Positions 36,551 to 43,883 of a DNA stretch of 64,000 nucleotides are shown here, one piece after another. Location: contig WJOY01000027.1 in the NCBI GenBank assembly GCA_009619075.1, positions 662-64,661 of the forward strand, read 5' to 3'. The DNA is from Dehalococcoidia bacterium. GTDB lineage: Bacteria; Chloroflexota; Dehalococcoidia; GIF9; AB-539-J10. A model generated the notes under the pieces. The model saw nothing but the letters and a program-made list of their open reading frames with translations. It was not told the DNA's origin and did no database searches. The translations under genes and the position numbers were made by a program. Each line of letters opens with the position of its first letter. Position 1 is the first letter of the stretch.

Positions 36551-37527
36551 TTGTGGTGCAAACTCCCCTTCGGATAAGTTTTGTAGGAGGAGGGACTGAC
36601 TTTGAGGACTTCTATGCAAACTTCGGTGGTGCTGTCCTCAGCACTGCCATCGATAAGTGCGTCTTCGTCATCGTCAAGGAAAGATTCGATGATATGATTT
36701 ATGTGAATTACTCCAGGAAAGAAATCGTAGATAGGTTTGACAAACTGGAGCATGAATTGGTAAGAGAGGCAATGAGAATAACTGGCGTAACAAAGGGAAT
36801 AGAGATCACCACTCTTGCTGATGTCCCTGCCGAGGGAACTGGGCTTGGTTCATCAAGCAGCATCACAGTTGGGTTGCTTCAGGCTCTCTTTGCCTACGGG
36901 GGAGAAATTGTGACCGCGAAAACTTTAGCTGAAGAGGCGTGCCACATAGAGATCGATATTCTTGGAAAACCTATCGGTAGGCAGGATCAATATATCGCCT
37001 CTTACGGCAACATGCGATTTATTACCTTCGGCAAGAGTGGTGTTGCGGTTGAGAAGATTGAGCCTTCGTCTGAAGACAAGAAGAGACTAAATGATAACCT
37101 TCTTCTTTTTTATACTGGTGTAACCAGGAAGTCAAGCGAAATCCTGTTAGAGCAGAAGGCAAATATAAACAGCCGCGTTGAAGTGCTCTCTGAAATGCGG
37201 AAACTAGCATTCGAGGCAAAGGATGCTATTCTCGAGAATGAGTTTGACGCATTCGGTGAGATACTGCATAAAGGTTGGGAACTAAAAAAACAGATGGCAA
37301 GCAAGGTGAGTAATTCGCTAATCGACGATATTTATGAGACGGCATGCAGAGCCGGCGCAATCGGTGGTAAGGTCACTGGAGCTGGGGGTGGTGGTTTCAT
37401 ACTCTTCTATTGTCCCAAAGATAAACAGGACGACGTTACGAGAGCGCTTAAGGGACTCAGGCAACTCCCCTTCCGTTTCCAGCAGGATGGGAGCAAGGCC
37501 ATCTTCAACTACAGGAGAAGCTGGTGA
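36547..37527 (+). CDS. hddA: GHMP kinase, D-glycero-D-manno-heptose 7-phosphate kinase-like
   Basis: 326 aa with PLRISFVGGGTD and PAEGTGLGSSSS (GHMP motif II). It clusters with gmhA, gmhB and hddC. Confidence 0.75.
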   Translation: MIVVQTPLRISFVGGGTDFEDFYANFGGAVLSTAIDKCVFVIVKERFDDMIYVNYSRKEIVDRFDKLEHELVREAMRITGVTKGIEITTLADVPAEGTGLGSSSSITVGLLQALFAYGGEIVTAKTLAEEACHIEIDILGKPIGRQDQYIASYGNMRFITFGKSGVAVEKIEPSSEDKKRLNDNLLLFYTGVTRKSSEILLEQKANINSRVEVLSEMRKLAFEAKDAILENEFDAFGEILHKGWELKKQMASKVSNSLIDDIYETACRAGAIGGKVTGAGGGGFILFYCPKDKQDDVTRALKGLRQLPFRFQQDGSKAIFNYRRSW

Positions 37528-38639
37528 AGGTTTTGGTTACTGGTGGCGCCGGCTTTATCGGCTCTCACACTGTCGATTTGCTTCTTGAAAAAGGCTATGA
37601 GGTTCGTGTTCTAGATAGCCTTGAGCCGCCAGTGCATCCTGATAAAGAGAAGCCTGATTACCTGCCCGACGATGTGGAATTTATCCTTGGTGATGTTCGA
37701 AACAAGGGTGACGTCGAGAAGGCGCTTCAAGGGATAGACTACATCTTTCACCTTGCTGCTTATCAGGGCTACCTTATTGACTTTAGCAAATTTGCCTTTA
37801 CCAATGATGGCGGCACCGCTCTGATATATGAAGCTATCGTGGAGAAAAAGCTTCCGGTAAAGAAAATAATACTGGGAAGCTCTCAATCGGTTTACGGAGA
37901 AGGGAAATACCGCTGTGCCCGACATGGCATCCGATATCCTTTTCCCCGCTCTTTAGAGCAATTGGAAAGAGGAGATTGGGAGCTAAAATGCCCCACCTGT
38001 CAACAACCGATGCAGCCTCTCCCCACCGATGAATCCAGGGCTAGCCCCCATAATCAATATGCTGTTTCCAAATATTGCCAAGAGCTTTATGCCTTAACCC
38101 TGGGAAAAAGATTTGGCATTCCCACTGTGGTGCTTCGCTACAGCATCACCCAGGGCCCACGCCAGAGCTTCTACAATGCTTACTCCGGTATCCTGCGCAT
38201 CTTTGCCACCAGGTTGCTCCACAACCTTCCCCCTATTATTTATGAAGATGGTGAGCAACTTAGGGATTATGTTTATGTTGGAGATGTGGTGGTAGCGAAT
38301 ATTTTAGCCATGGAAAGCGAGACCGCAAATTACGAGGTTTACAATATTGGTGGAAGTGAAATCCTTTCTGTGTCAGAGTATGCTAAGCTTGTTTCGAATG
38401 TTATGGGTAAAAATGTCACGCCTCGAGTACCTGGCGAGTTCCGCTTTGGCGATGTAAGGCATATTATCTCTGACATCTCTAAGATAAAGAAGCTGGGCTG
38501 GCAGCCACAAACCTCCGTTGAGCAAGTTGCCCGGGAATATATTGATTGGGCAAGGAAACAACCTGAGGTCTCAGATTACTATGCTGAGGCTGAGAAAGTG
38601 ATGAAGCAAGAAGGTGTGCTCAAAGCCGTTAGGAGTTAG
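37524..38639 (+). CDS. NAD-dependent epimerase/dehydratase (extended SDR) with Cys/His insert
   Basis: 371 aa with VTGGAGFIGSH and YAVSKYCQE (YxxxK). It carries the insert CARHG...KCPTCQQ. Confidence 0.8.
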   Translation: MKVLVTGGAGFIGSHTVDLLLEKGYEVRVLDSLEPPVHPDKEKPDYLPDDVEFILGDVRNKGDVEKALQGIDYIFHLAAYQGYLIDFSKFAFTNDGGTALIYEAIVEKKLPVKKIILGSSQSVYGEGKYRCARHGIRYPFPRSLEQLERGDWELKCPTCQQPMQPLPTDESRASPHNQYAVSKYCQELYALTLGKRFGIPTVVLRYSITQGPRQSFYNAYSGILRIFATRLLHNLPPIIYEDGEQLRDYVYVGDVVVANILAMESETANYEVYNIGGSEILSVSEYAKLVSNVMGKNVTPRVPGEFRFGDVRHIISDISKIKKLGWQPQTSVEQVAREYIDWARKQPEVSDYYAEAEKVMKQEGVLKAVRS

Positions 38640-38730
38640 GGATTGGAGACTAGGGACTAGGGATTAGGAGCTAGGGATTAGGAGCTAGGGATTAGGGACT
38701 AGGGATTAGGAGCTAGGGACTAGGACACAG
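38629..38730. repeat. simple-sequence linker S1 (CTAGGGA / TTAGGAG words)
   Basis: GTTAGGAGTTAGGGATTGGAGACTAGGGACTAGGGATTAGGAGCTAGGGATTAGGAGCTAGGGATTAGGGACTAGGGATTAGGAGCTAGGGACTAGGACACAGGACAT. TAG occurs in all three frames. Confidence 0.85.
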
Positions 38731-38742
38731 GACATAAAAGCG

Positions 38743-39318
38743 ATGAATCAAGAATATGTCGAGATTATAAAAAAATATCTTTCCGCAGTTAGTGCTACTT
38801 TGGCCAAGCTCCCCGTGGAGGGAATCGCCCAGCTTGTTGAACTACTTGAGCAAGCGCGGGTGAACAGGAAGAGAATCTATACCTTCGGCAACGGTGGCTC
38901 AGCCGCTACCGCCTCGCATTTTGCCTCCGACCTGGCAAAGGGGGCAATCTCTAAAGGAAAGCCCAGAATAAAAGCCTTTGCCTTGACTGATAATGTCCCC
39001 CTTCTCTCTGCTTGGGCAAATGATACTGCCTATGAAAACGTCTTTGCTGAGCAACTGGAGAATTTCATTGAGATGGGAGACATTGCTATAGGCATATCAG
39101 GCAGCGGCAATTCTCAAAATGTGCTTAATGGTGTGAAAGTGGCAAAGGCTAAAGGCGCTACCACCATTGGGTTTATCGGCTTTGATGGGGGGGAACTCAA
39201 GGACCTGGTTGACTTAGCCATTATCGTTCCCAACCACAATATGGAACAAGTCGAGGACATCCACCTTCTCATGGAACATGTTATCACCACTTGCTTAAGA
39301 AATTCGAGTCAGACATAG
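38743..39318 (+). CDS. gmhA: phosphoheptose isomerase (SIS domain)
   Basis: 191 aa with blocks GNGGSAATASHFASDL and ISGSGNS. Confidence 0.85.
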   Translation: MNQEYVEIIKKYLSAVSATLAKLPVEGIAQLVELLEQARVNRKRIYTFGNGGSAATASHFASDLAKGAISKGKPRIKAFALTDNVPLLSAWANDTAYENVFAEQLENFIEMGDIAIGISGSGNSQNVLNGVKVAKAKGATTIGFIGFDGGELKDLVDLAIIVPNHNMEQVEDIHLLMEHVITTCLRNSSQT

Positions 39319-39343
39319 GACTTATGACGTAGGACATAAAATA

Positions 39344-40477
39344 ATGAACATTTTGGTCACCGGCGGCGCAGGATATGTAGGAAGCGTGGTAGCTGAGGAA
39401 CTGCTTCAGCAGGGCTATCAGGTCATTATTTTAGATAACCTTCAGCAGGGGCACAAGGAAGCAATTCTCCCCGGAGCTGAGTTTGTCATCGCCGATATTT
39501 GCGGAGCTCAGCATCTTGAGGATGTTTTTCACCGATTTAAAATTGGTGCTGTAATGCACATGGCGGCCGAGACTGTGGTGGAATATTCTATGACTGACCC
39601 CAAAAGGTATTTCCAGAATAACGTCGTCGGCGGACTAAACCTTCTTGATGCTATGCTGAAGCACGGGGTCTACAAATTTGTCTTTTCCTCGAGTGCCGCG
39701 GTTTACGGAGACCCTAAGAGCATTCCTATCGAGGAAGACCACCCCAAGCTTCCTGTAAATAGCTATGGTGAATCCAAGCTCATGTTTGAGCATATCTTAG
39801 AATGGTATGGCAGGGCGTATGGGCTCAAGTATGTTTCTTTGAGATACTTCAATGCTGCCGGAGCAACCGAGCTTCTGGGGGAAGACCACCGCCCTGAAAC
39901 TCACCTGATCCCCAATGTCCTCAAAGCTGCTCTCCTCCAACCCCCAATCTCCAATCCCCAGCCCCAGGGGCTAGGGACTAGGGGTTCGGGATTTGTCTCC
40001 ATATTCGGCACAGATTATCCCACAAAAGATGGAAGCTGCATTCGGGATTATGTTCATGTAATAGACATCGCTCAGGCACACATCCTGGCACTGCAAAAAC
40101 TCAATCAGGTCGAGGAGTCCTCAGTCCTCAGTCCTAAGTCAGGGAGGGGATGCGGGACATCGGATGTAGGACCTAGGACGTCGGACATAGGACATAGGAC
40201 TACGGGGTTGGGCTGGAAGGCTGGGGTTTACAACCTGGGTAATGGAGAAGGGTACTCTGTGCTTGAGGTAGTAGAAGCAGCGAGAAAGGTCACCCACGCA
40301 GAAATCCCTGTCAAAATCTCTCCCAAGCGAGCAGGAGACCCGGCAGTTCTGGTGGCAAGCTCACACAGGGCTAAAGAGGAGCTTGGATGGAGGCCTAAAT
40401 TCCCTCAGCTTGAGGCTATAATTGAAAGCGCCTGGAAATGGATGAGGAAGCACCCAGAGGGGTATTCTGGGGTCTAG
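39344..40477 (+). CDS. galE: UDP-glucose 4-epimerase-like SDR with two in-frame simple-sequence insertions
   Basis: 377 aa with VTGGAGYVGS, YGESKLMFE and CIRDYVHVIDIAQAH. The extra segments are encoded at 39936-39993 and 40109-40212. Confidence 0.85.
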   Translation: MNILVTGGAGYVGSVVAEELLQQGYQVIILDNLQQGHKEAILPGAEFVIADICGAQHLEDVFHRFKIGAVMHMAAETVVEYSMTDPKRYFQNNVVGGLNLLDAMLKHGVYKFVFSSSAAVYGDPKSIPIEEDHPKLPVNSYGESKLMFEHILEWYGRAYGLKYVSLRYFNAAGATELLGEDHRPETHLIPNVLKAALLQPPISNPQPQGLGTRGSGFVSIFGTDYPTKDGSCIRDYVHVIDIAQAHILALQKLNQVEESSVLSPKSGRGCGTSDVGPRTSDIGHRTTGLGWKAGVYNLGNGEGYSVLEVVEAARKVTHAEIPVKISPKRAGDPAVLVASSHRAKEELGWRPKFPQLEAIIESAWKWMRKHPEGYSGV

Positions 40478-40500
40478 GGTCTAGGGACTAGGGTTAGGAT
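40469..40500. repeat. G-rich arm upstream of four-helix-bundle gene 1
   Basis: GGGGTCTAGGGTCTAGGGACTAGGGTTAGGA. It overlaps the galE stop. Confidence 0.75.
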
Positions 40501-40503
40501 GTC

Positions 40504-40872
40504 ATGTTAGAATGGCAAAATCTGGAGGTTTGGAAGGAGGCACATAGGCTGACGCTGGAAGTGTACCACTTGGCTCAAGAGCTCCCTGATAAAGAGCGCT
40601 TTAGATTGAGTGACCAGATGTGTCGTTGTGCTTCCTCGGTGGCGGCGAACATTGTAGAGGGGCATGCCAGGCACAGTAGGCGAGAGTACATCCAGTTCCT
40701 TTACGTAGCTAGGGGCTCGGCTGAGGAATTACGCTACCACCTGTTACTTGCCAAAGACCTGGGCTACCTCAAAGATGGGAGGTATAGCGAGTTGGATAAG
40801 GCATACATCCAAGTATCTAAGATGCTTAATGCCCTTATCTCGTCACTCAGGAGTAAGGATGCCAACTCTTAA
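40504..40872 (+). CDS. four-helix-bundle protein (23S rRNA intervening-sequence protein / Avd-like family)
   Basis: 122 aa. LEVWKEAHRLTLEVYHL, SSVAANIVEGHARHSRREYIQFLYVARGSAEELRYHLLLAKDLGY is the family pattern (TIGR02436/PF05635), recognised from memory. Confidence 0.8.
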   Translation: MLEWQNLEVWKEAHRLTLEVYHLAQELPDKERFRLSDQMCRCASSVAANIVEGHARHSRREYIQFLYVARGSAEELRYHLLLAKDLGYLKDGRYSELDKAYIQVSKMLNALISSLRSKDANS

Positions 40873-40928
40873 CCCCCAGTCCCCAATCCCCAATCTCCAA
40901 TCCCCAATCTCCAGTCCCCAGTCCCCAA
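40872..40928. repeat. C-rich arm downstream of four-helix-bundle gene 1
   Basis: ACCCCCAGTCCCCAATCCCCAATCTCCAATCCCCAATCTCCAGTCCCCAGTCCCCAA. It is complementary in words to 40469-40500 and to S1. Confidence 0.75.
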
Positions 40929-41662
40929 TGAAAGCCATGATATTAGCTGCCGGCGAGGGCATGAGACTCCGCCCCCTCACACTGGAGACCCCAAAGATTC
41001 TTTTGCCTATTGAGGGGACTCCCCTAATTCAATACACTTTAGCTTGGCTTAAGAGCCATGGCATCTCTGAGGTGGCCATAAATCTTCATCACCTGGGAGA
41101 GAAGATAAAAGATTTTCTCGGCGATGGTTCTAAGTTTGGAGTCAGAATTTGTTACTCACCTGAGGAAAAGCTTCTAGGCACTGCTGGAGGTGTAAAGAAA
41201 ATGGAGAAGTTCTTTGACGGCACCTTTGCTGTTGTCTATGGCGATGTTCTCACTGATTTCAATCTTTCAGCTATGGCTAATTACCATAAAGAAAAGAAAG
41301 CTCTAGGCACGCTTGCCCTGTTTCAAGCTCCCAACCCCTGGCAGGCAGGCATCGTGGAGATAGATAAACAGGGAAGGCTCTTAAGATTCAGGGAGAAGCC
41401 GCCTCGTGGCTCGGAGTCAGGGAATCTATCAAGTGGCGGTGTATATATTCTGGAAAAGGACATCCTTAGCTACATTCTGGGTGAAGGCTTTTGCGACTTT
41501 GGCTATGACGTCTTTCCCAAGCTCGTAGAACTCGCTCTCCCTCTTTATGGCTACATCTTGGAGCCGCAGGATTACCTTATTGACATCGGCACCCCTGAAA
41601 AATATCATAAAGCACAAGAAATTTGGCAGCGAGTCCTAAGTCCAAAGTCAGTAAGTCAATAA
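40928..41662 (+). CDS. hddC: sugar-phosphate nucleotidyltransferase, D-glycero-D-manno-heptose 1-phosphate guanylyltransferase-like
   Basis: The start is taken at MKAMILAAGEGMRLRPLT (G-x-G-x-R motif). The longer ORF from 40748 reads through the C-rich arm and overlaps the previous gene. Confidence 0.8.
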   Translation: MKAMILAAGEGMRLRPLTLETPKILLPIEGTPLIQYTLAWLKSHGISEVAINLHHLGEKIKDFLGDGSKFGVRICYSPEEKLLGTAGGVKKMEKFFDGTFAVVYGDVLTDFNLSAMANYHKEKKALGTLALFQAPNPWQAGIVEIDKQGRLLRFREKPPRGSESGNLSSGGVYILEKDILSYILGEGFCDFGYDVFPKLVELALPLYGYILEPQDYLIDIGTPEKYHKAQEIWQRVLSPKSVSQ

Positions 41663-41667
41663 GTCAA
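41632..41667. repeat. left arm of four-helix-bundle cassette 2 (GTCCTAAGTC words)
   Basis: AGTCCTAAGTCCAAAGTCAGTAAGTCAATAAGTCAA. It forms the last codons of hddC. Confidence 0.7.
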
Positions 41668-41686
41668 GGGAAGCTGCGACATAAAC

Positions 41687-42079
41687 ATGAAGATAGAGAG
41701 GTTTGAAGATATCGATGCCTGGAAAGAGTCCAGAAAGCTCGTGAACATGGTTTACGATATTTCAAGCAATGGGGAATTCTCAAAAAATTTCTATCTGCGG
41801 GACCAGATTCGCAGTGCTTCTGTCTCTGTAATGTCCAACATTGCTGAGGGCTTCGATCGAAGCTCTGACAAAGAATTTACCCAGTTTCTTGTGATGGCGA
41901 GAGCTTCAGCTTCTGAAGTCAAAAGCCAGCTATATGTAGCTCTAGATAGAGGTTATATAGAGAATGAGGAGTTCAAGACAATCTACGAACAGGCAACCAA
42001 TGTGATAAATTTAATCAACGGCTTCATTCGTTATCTTAAAAAACCTCGAACGACACACGACACAGGACATAGGACATAG
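41687..42079 (+). CDS. four-helix-bundle protein (23S rRNA IVS / Avd-like family)
   Basis: 130 aa with IDAWKESRKLVNMVYDI, SVSVMSNIAEGFDRSSDKEFTQFLVMARASASEVKSQLYVALDRGY. Confidence 0.8.
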   Translation: MKIERFEDIDAWKESRKLVNMVYDISSNGEFSKNFYLRDQIRSASVSVMSNIAEGFDRSSDKEFTQFLVMARASASEVKSQLYVALDRGYIENEEFKTIYEQATNVINLINGFIRYLKKPRTTHDTGHRT

Positions 42080-42083
42080 GACG
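42047..42083. repeat. right arm of cassette 2 (GGACATAGGAC words)
   Basis: CGAACGACACACGACACAGGACATAGGACATAGGACG. UAGGAC is complementary to GUCCUA in the left arm. Confidence 0.7.
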
Positions 42084-42650
42084 ATGACCAAAGCAGTCTT
42101 CCTTGACCGTGACGGCACCACTGCCAGGGATGTCCACTACTGTCGCAAGCCGGAGGACTTCGAGCTCCTCCCCACTGTCCCTGAAGCTATAAGGCTCCTA
42201 AATGAAAATGGCTTCAAAGTTGTGGTAATCACTAACCAGTCAGGAATTGCCCGAGGTTATTTTACTGAGGAGACCCTGGCTCAGATTCATCAAAAGATGA
42301 CGGGTGAGCTGGCAAAATATGGCGCCTGGGTGGATGCCATCTACTATTGCCCTCATCATCCTGACGATGGCTGTGAGTGCCGCAAGCCGAAGACAGCTCT
42401 TTTCCACAAGGCAGCAGAGGAACTCAATATTGATTTCAAGCTTTCCTATGTGGTCGGTGACATGCAGATGGATATAGATGCTGGCAAAGCCCTGGGCTGC
42501 AAAACAGTTCTGGTAACCACCGGTCCCCAGCCCCTAGTCTCTAGTCCTAAGTCTCCAGTCTCTAGTCCCCAGCCCCCAATCGCCTCTCCCGACTACACTG
42601 CCCGAAATCTTCTTGAATCAGCACGATGGATAGTAGATAATAGGGGATAG
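42084..42650 (+). CDS. gmhB: D,D-heptose 1,7-bisphosphate phosphatase (HAD-IIIA) with C-terminal simple-sequence insertion
   Basis: 188 aa with FLDRDGT, the Zn site CxH...CxC (YCPHHPDDGCECRKP) and VGDMQMDIDAG. The insertion is encoded at 42523-42580. Confidence 0.85.
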   Translation: MTKAVFLDRDGTTARDVHYCRKPEDFELLPTVPEAIRLLNENGFKVVVITNQSGIARGYFTEETLAQIHQKMTGELAKYGAWVDAIYYCPHHPDDGCECRKPKTALFHKAAEELNIDFKLSYVVGDMQMDIDAGKALGCKTVLVTTGPQPLVSSPKSPVSSPQPPIASPDYTARNLLESARWIVDNRG

Positions 42651-42678
42651 AGCTAACGTAGGACGTAGGACTTTGAAC

Positions 42679-43365
42679 ATGAAAACAATCAGCATTGTAA
42701 TCCCTGCCCGAAATGAGAAGGATGGAATTGAAAAAACAATACGAGCTATCCCCAAGGGCGAGCTTGAAAAGATGGGCTATGAAGTCCAAATCCTGGTGGT
42801 GGACAATGACTCGAACGACGGAACCGGAGAGCTGGCAAAGAAAGCTGGTGCAGATGTTGTTTTTGAGCCGAGGCTAGGTTATGGAAGTGCTTATAAAGCC
42901 GGCTTTGCTCACGCCAAAGGGGATATTATCGCCACTGCCGATGCTGACATGACCTACCCGGTAGAAGATATTCCCAAGTTCATTAAACTTAGCGAGGAAC
43001 AGAATTTAGACTTCATCACTACTGATCGATATGCTTACATGGAAAAAGGTGCTATGTCATCCCAGCATAGACTGGGCAATGCCATCTTGAATCTTGCTGC
43101 AAGACTTCTTTTCCAAATAGGTTTAAAGGATTCTCAATCTGGCATGTGGGTTTTTAGGAAAGATCTCCTAAATAAAGCAGTGTTGAAGGCTAATTCTATG
43201 GCTCTATCCGAGGAGCTTAAAATTGAAGCTATCTATTTCCTCCGATGCAATTGGAGGGAATTTCCCATTCAATACCGGGTCCGAGTGGGTAAAGCTAAAT
43301 TAAAAACCTGGAAAGACGGCTTTGGAAATCTGTTTTATTTGATAAAGAAGAGAATAGTTCGCTAA
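42679..43365 (+). CDS. GT2 glycosyltransferase (polyprenol-phosphate sugar synthase-like)
   Basis: ISIVIPARNEKDGIEKTI, VVDNDSNDGT, and DADMTYP (DxD). The ORF track starts at a TTG at 42673; the ATG at 42679 is preferred. Confidence 0.85.
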   Translation: MKTISIVIPARNEKDGIEKTIRAIPKGELEKMGYEVQILVVDNDSNDGTGELAKKAGADVVFEPRLGYGSAYKAGFAHAKGDIIATADADMTYPVEDIPKFIKLSEEQNLDFITTDRYAYMEKGAMSSQHRLGNAILNLAARLLFQIGLKDSQSGMWVFRKDLLNKAVLKANSMALSEELKIEAIYFLRCNWREFPIQYRVRVGKAKLKTWKDGFGNLFYLIKKRIVR

Positions 43366-43377
43366 AATTTGGAGATA

Positions 43378-43618
43378 TTGAGTAGGCCAAAAACTTCCTA
43401 GAATATCGTGGAAACAGTGTGAAAAGGCTTTCAAAAGGGCTGGCTGGTATGAAGTTAAGCGGACTGGTGACCACCATCATTACGCCCATCCTACAAAGCT
43501 AGGATTGGTTACCATTCTGGAGCGTTCTACTCTGGCGATGCCTTTACTCAAGAGCATTCTGAGGCAAGCTGACTTGAGTAACGAAGAATTTATCAAGCTA
43601 CTTCACAAGAGGAGGTGA
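43378..43618 (+). pseudogene. hicA: hicA-family toxin gene interrupted by a +1 frameshift in an A5 run
   Basis: From 43382 the frame reads VGQKLPRISWKQCEKAFKRAGWYEVKRTGDHHHYAHPTKLGLVTILERSTLAMPLLKSILRQADLSNEEFIKLLHKRR with no start codon. A TTG at 43378 in the neighbouring frame gives MSRPK and joins it if one A of AAAAA (43389-43393) is removed. Confidence 0.6.
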
Positions 43619-43622
43619 AAAA

Positions 43623-43841
43623 ATGCCGAGAGAATATGAATACACGGTCATTTTAGAGTATGATGAAGAAATTGACGAGTACGCTGCCTTAGTACCTGCC
43701 TTACCCGGATGCACCAGCCAGGGTAAGACCTCGGAGGAGGCCTTAGCCAATGTGCGGGAAGCTATCCGAGGTCATATAGAAGCACTGCGCCAGCTAGGAC
43801 GTGAGGTACCCGTTGAAGACCGTGTAAAAGTGGCCGTATGA
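43623..43841 (+). CDS. hicB: HicB-family antitoxin (UPF0150-like)
   Basis: 72 aa with YAALVPALPGCTSQGKTSEEALANVREAI. Confidence 0.8.
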   Translation: MPREYEYTVILEYDEEIDEYAALVPALPGCTSQGKTSEEALANVREAIRGHIEALRQLGREVPVEDRVKVAV

Positions 43842-43883
43842 AACAAACTTGAAGAAATTCGATGAACTTTAGAACCTGGAACC

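Noticed and set aside
40748-40927. N-terminal 60-codon extension of the hddC-like ORF.
   Set aside because: The extension overlaps four-helix-bundle gene 1 in another frame and then reads through the C-rich arm. The canonical nucleotidyltransferase N-terminus, MKAMILAAGEG, begins at 40928.
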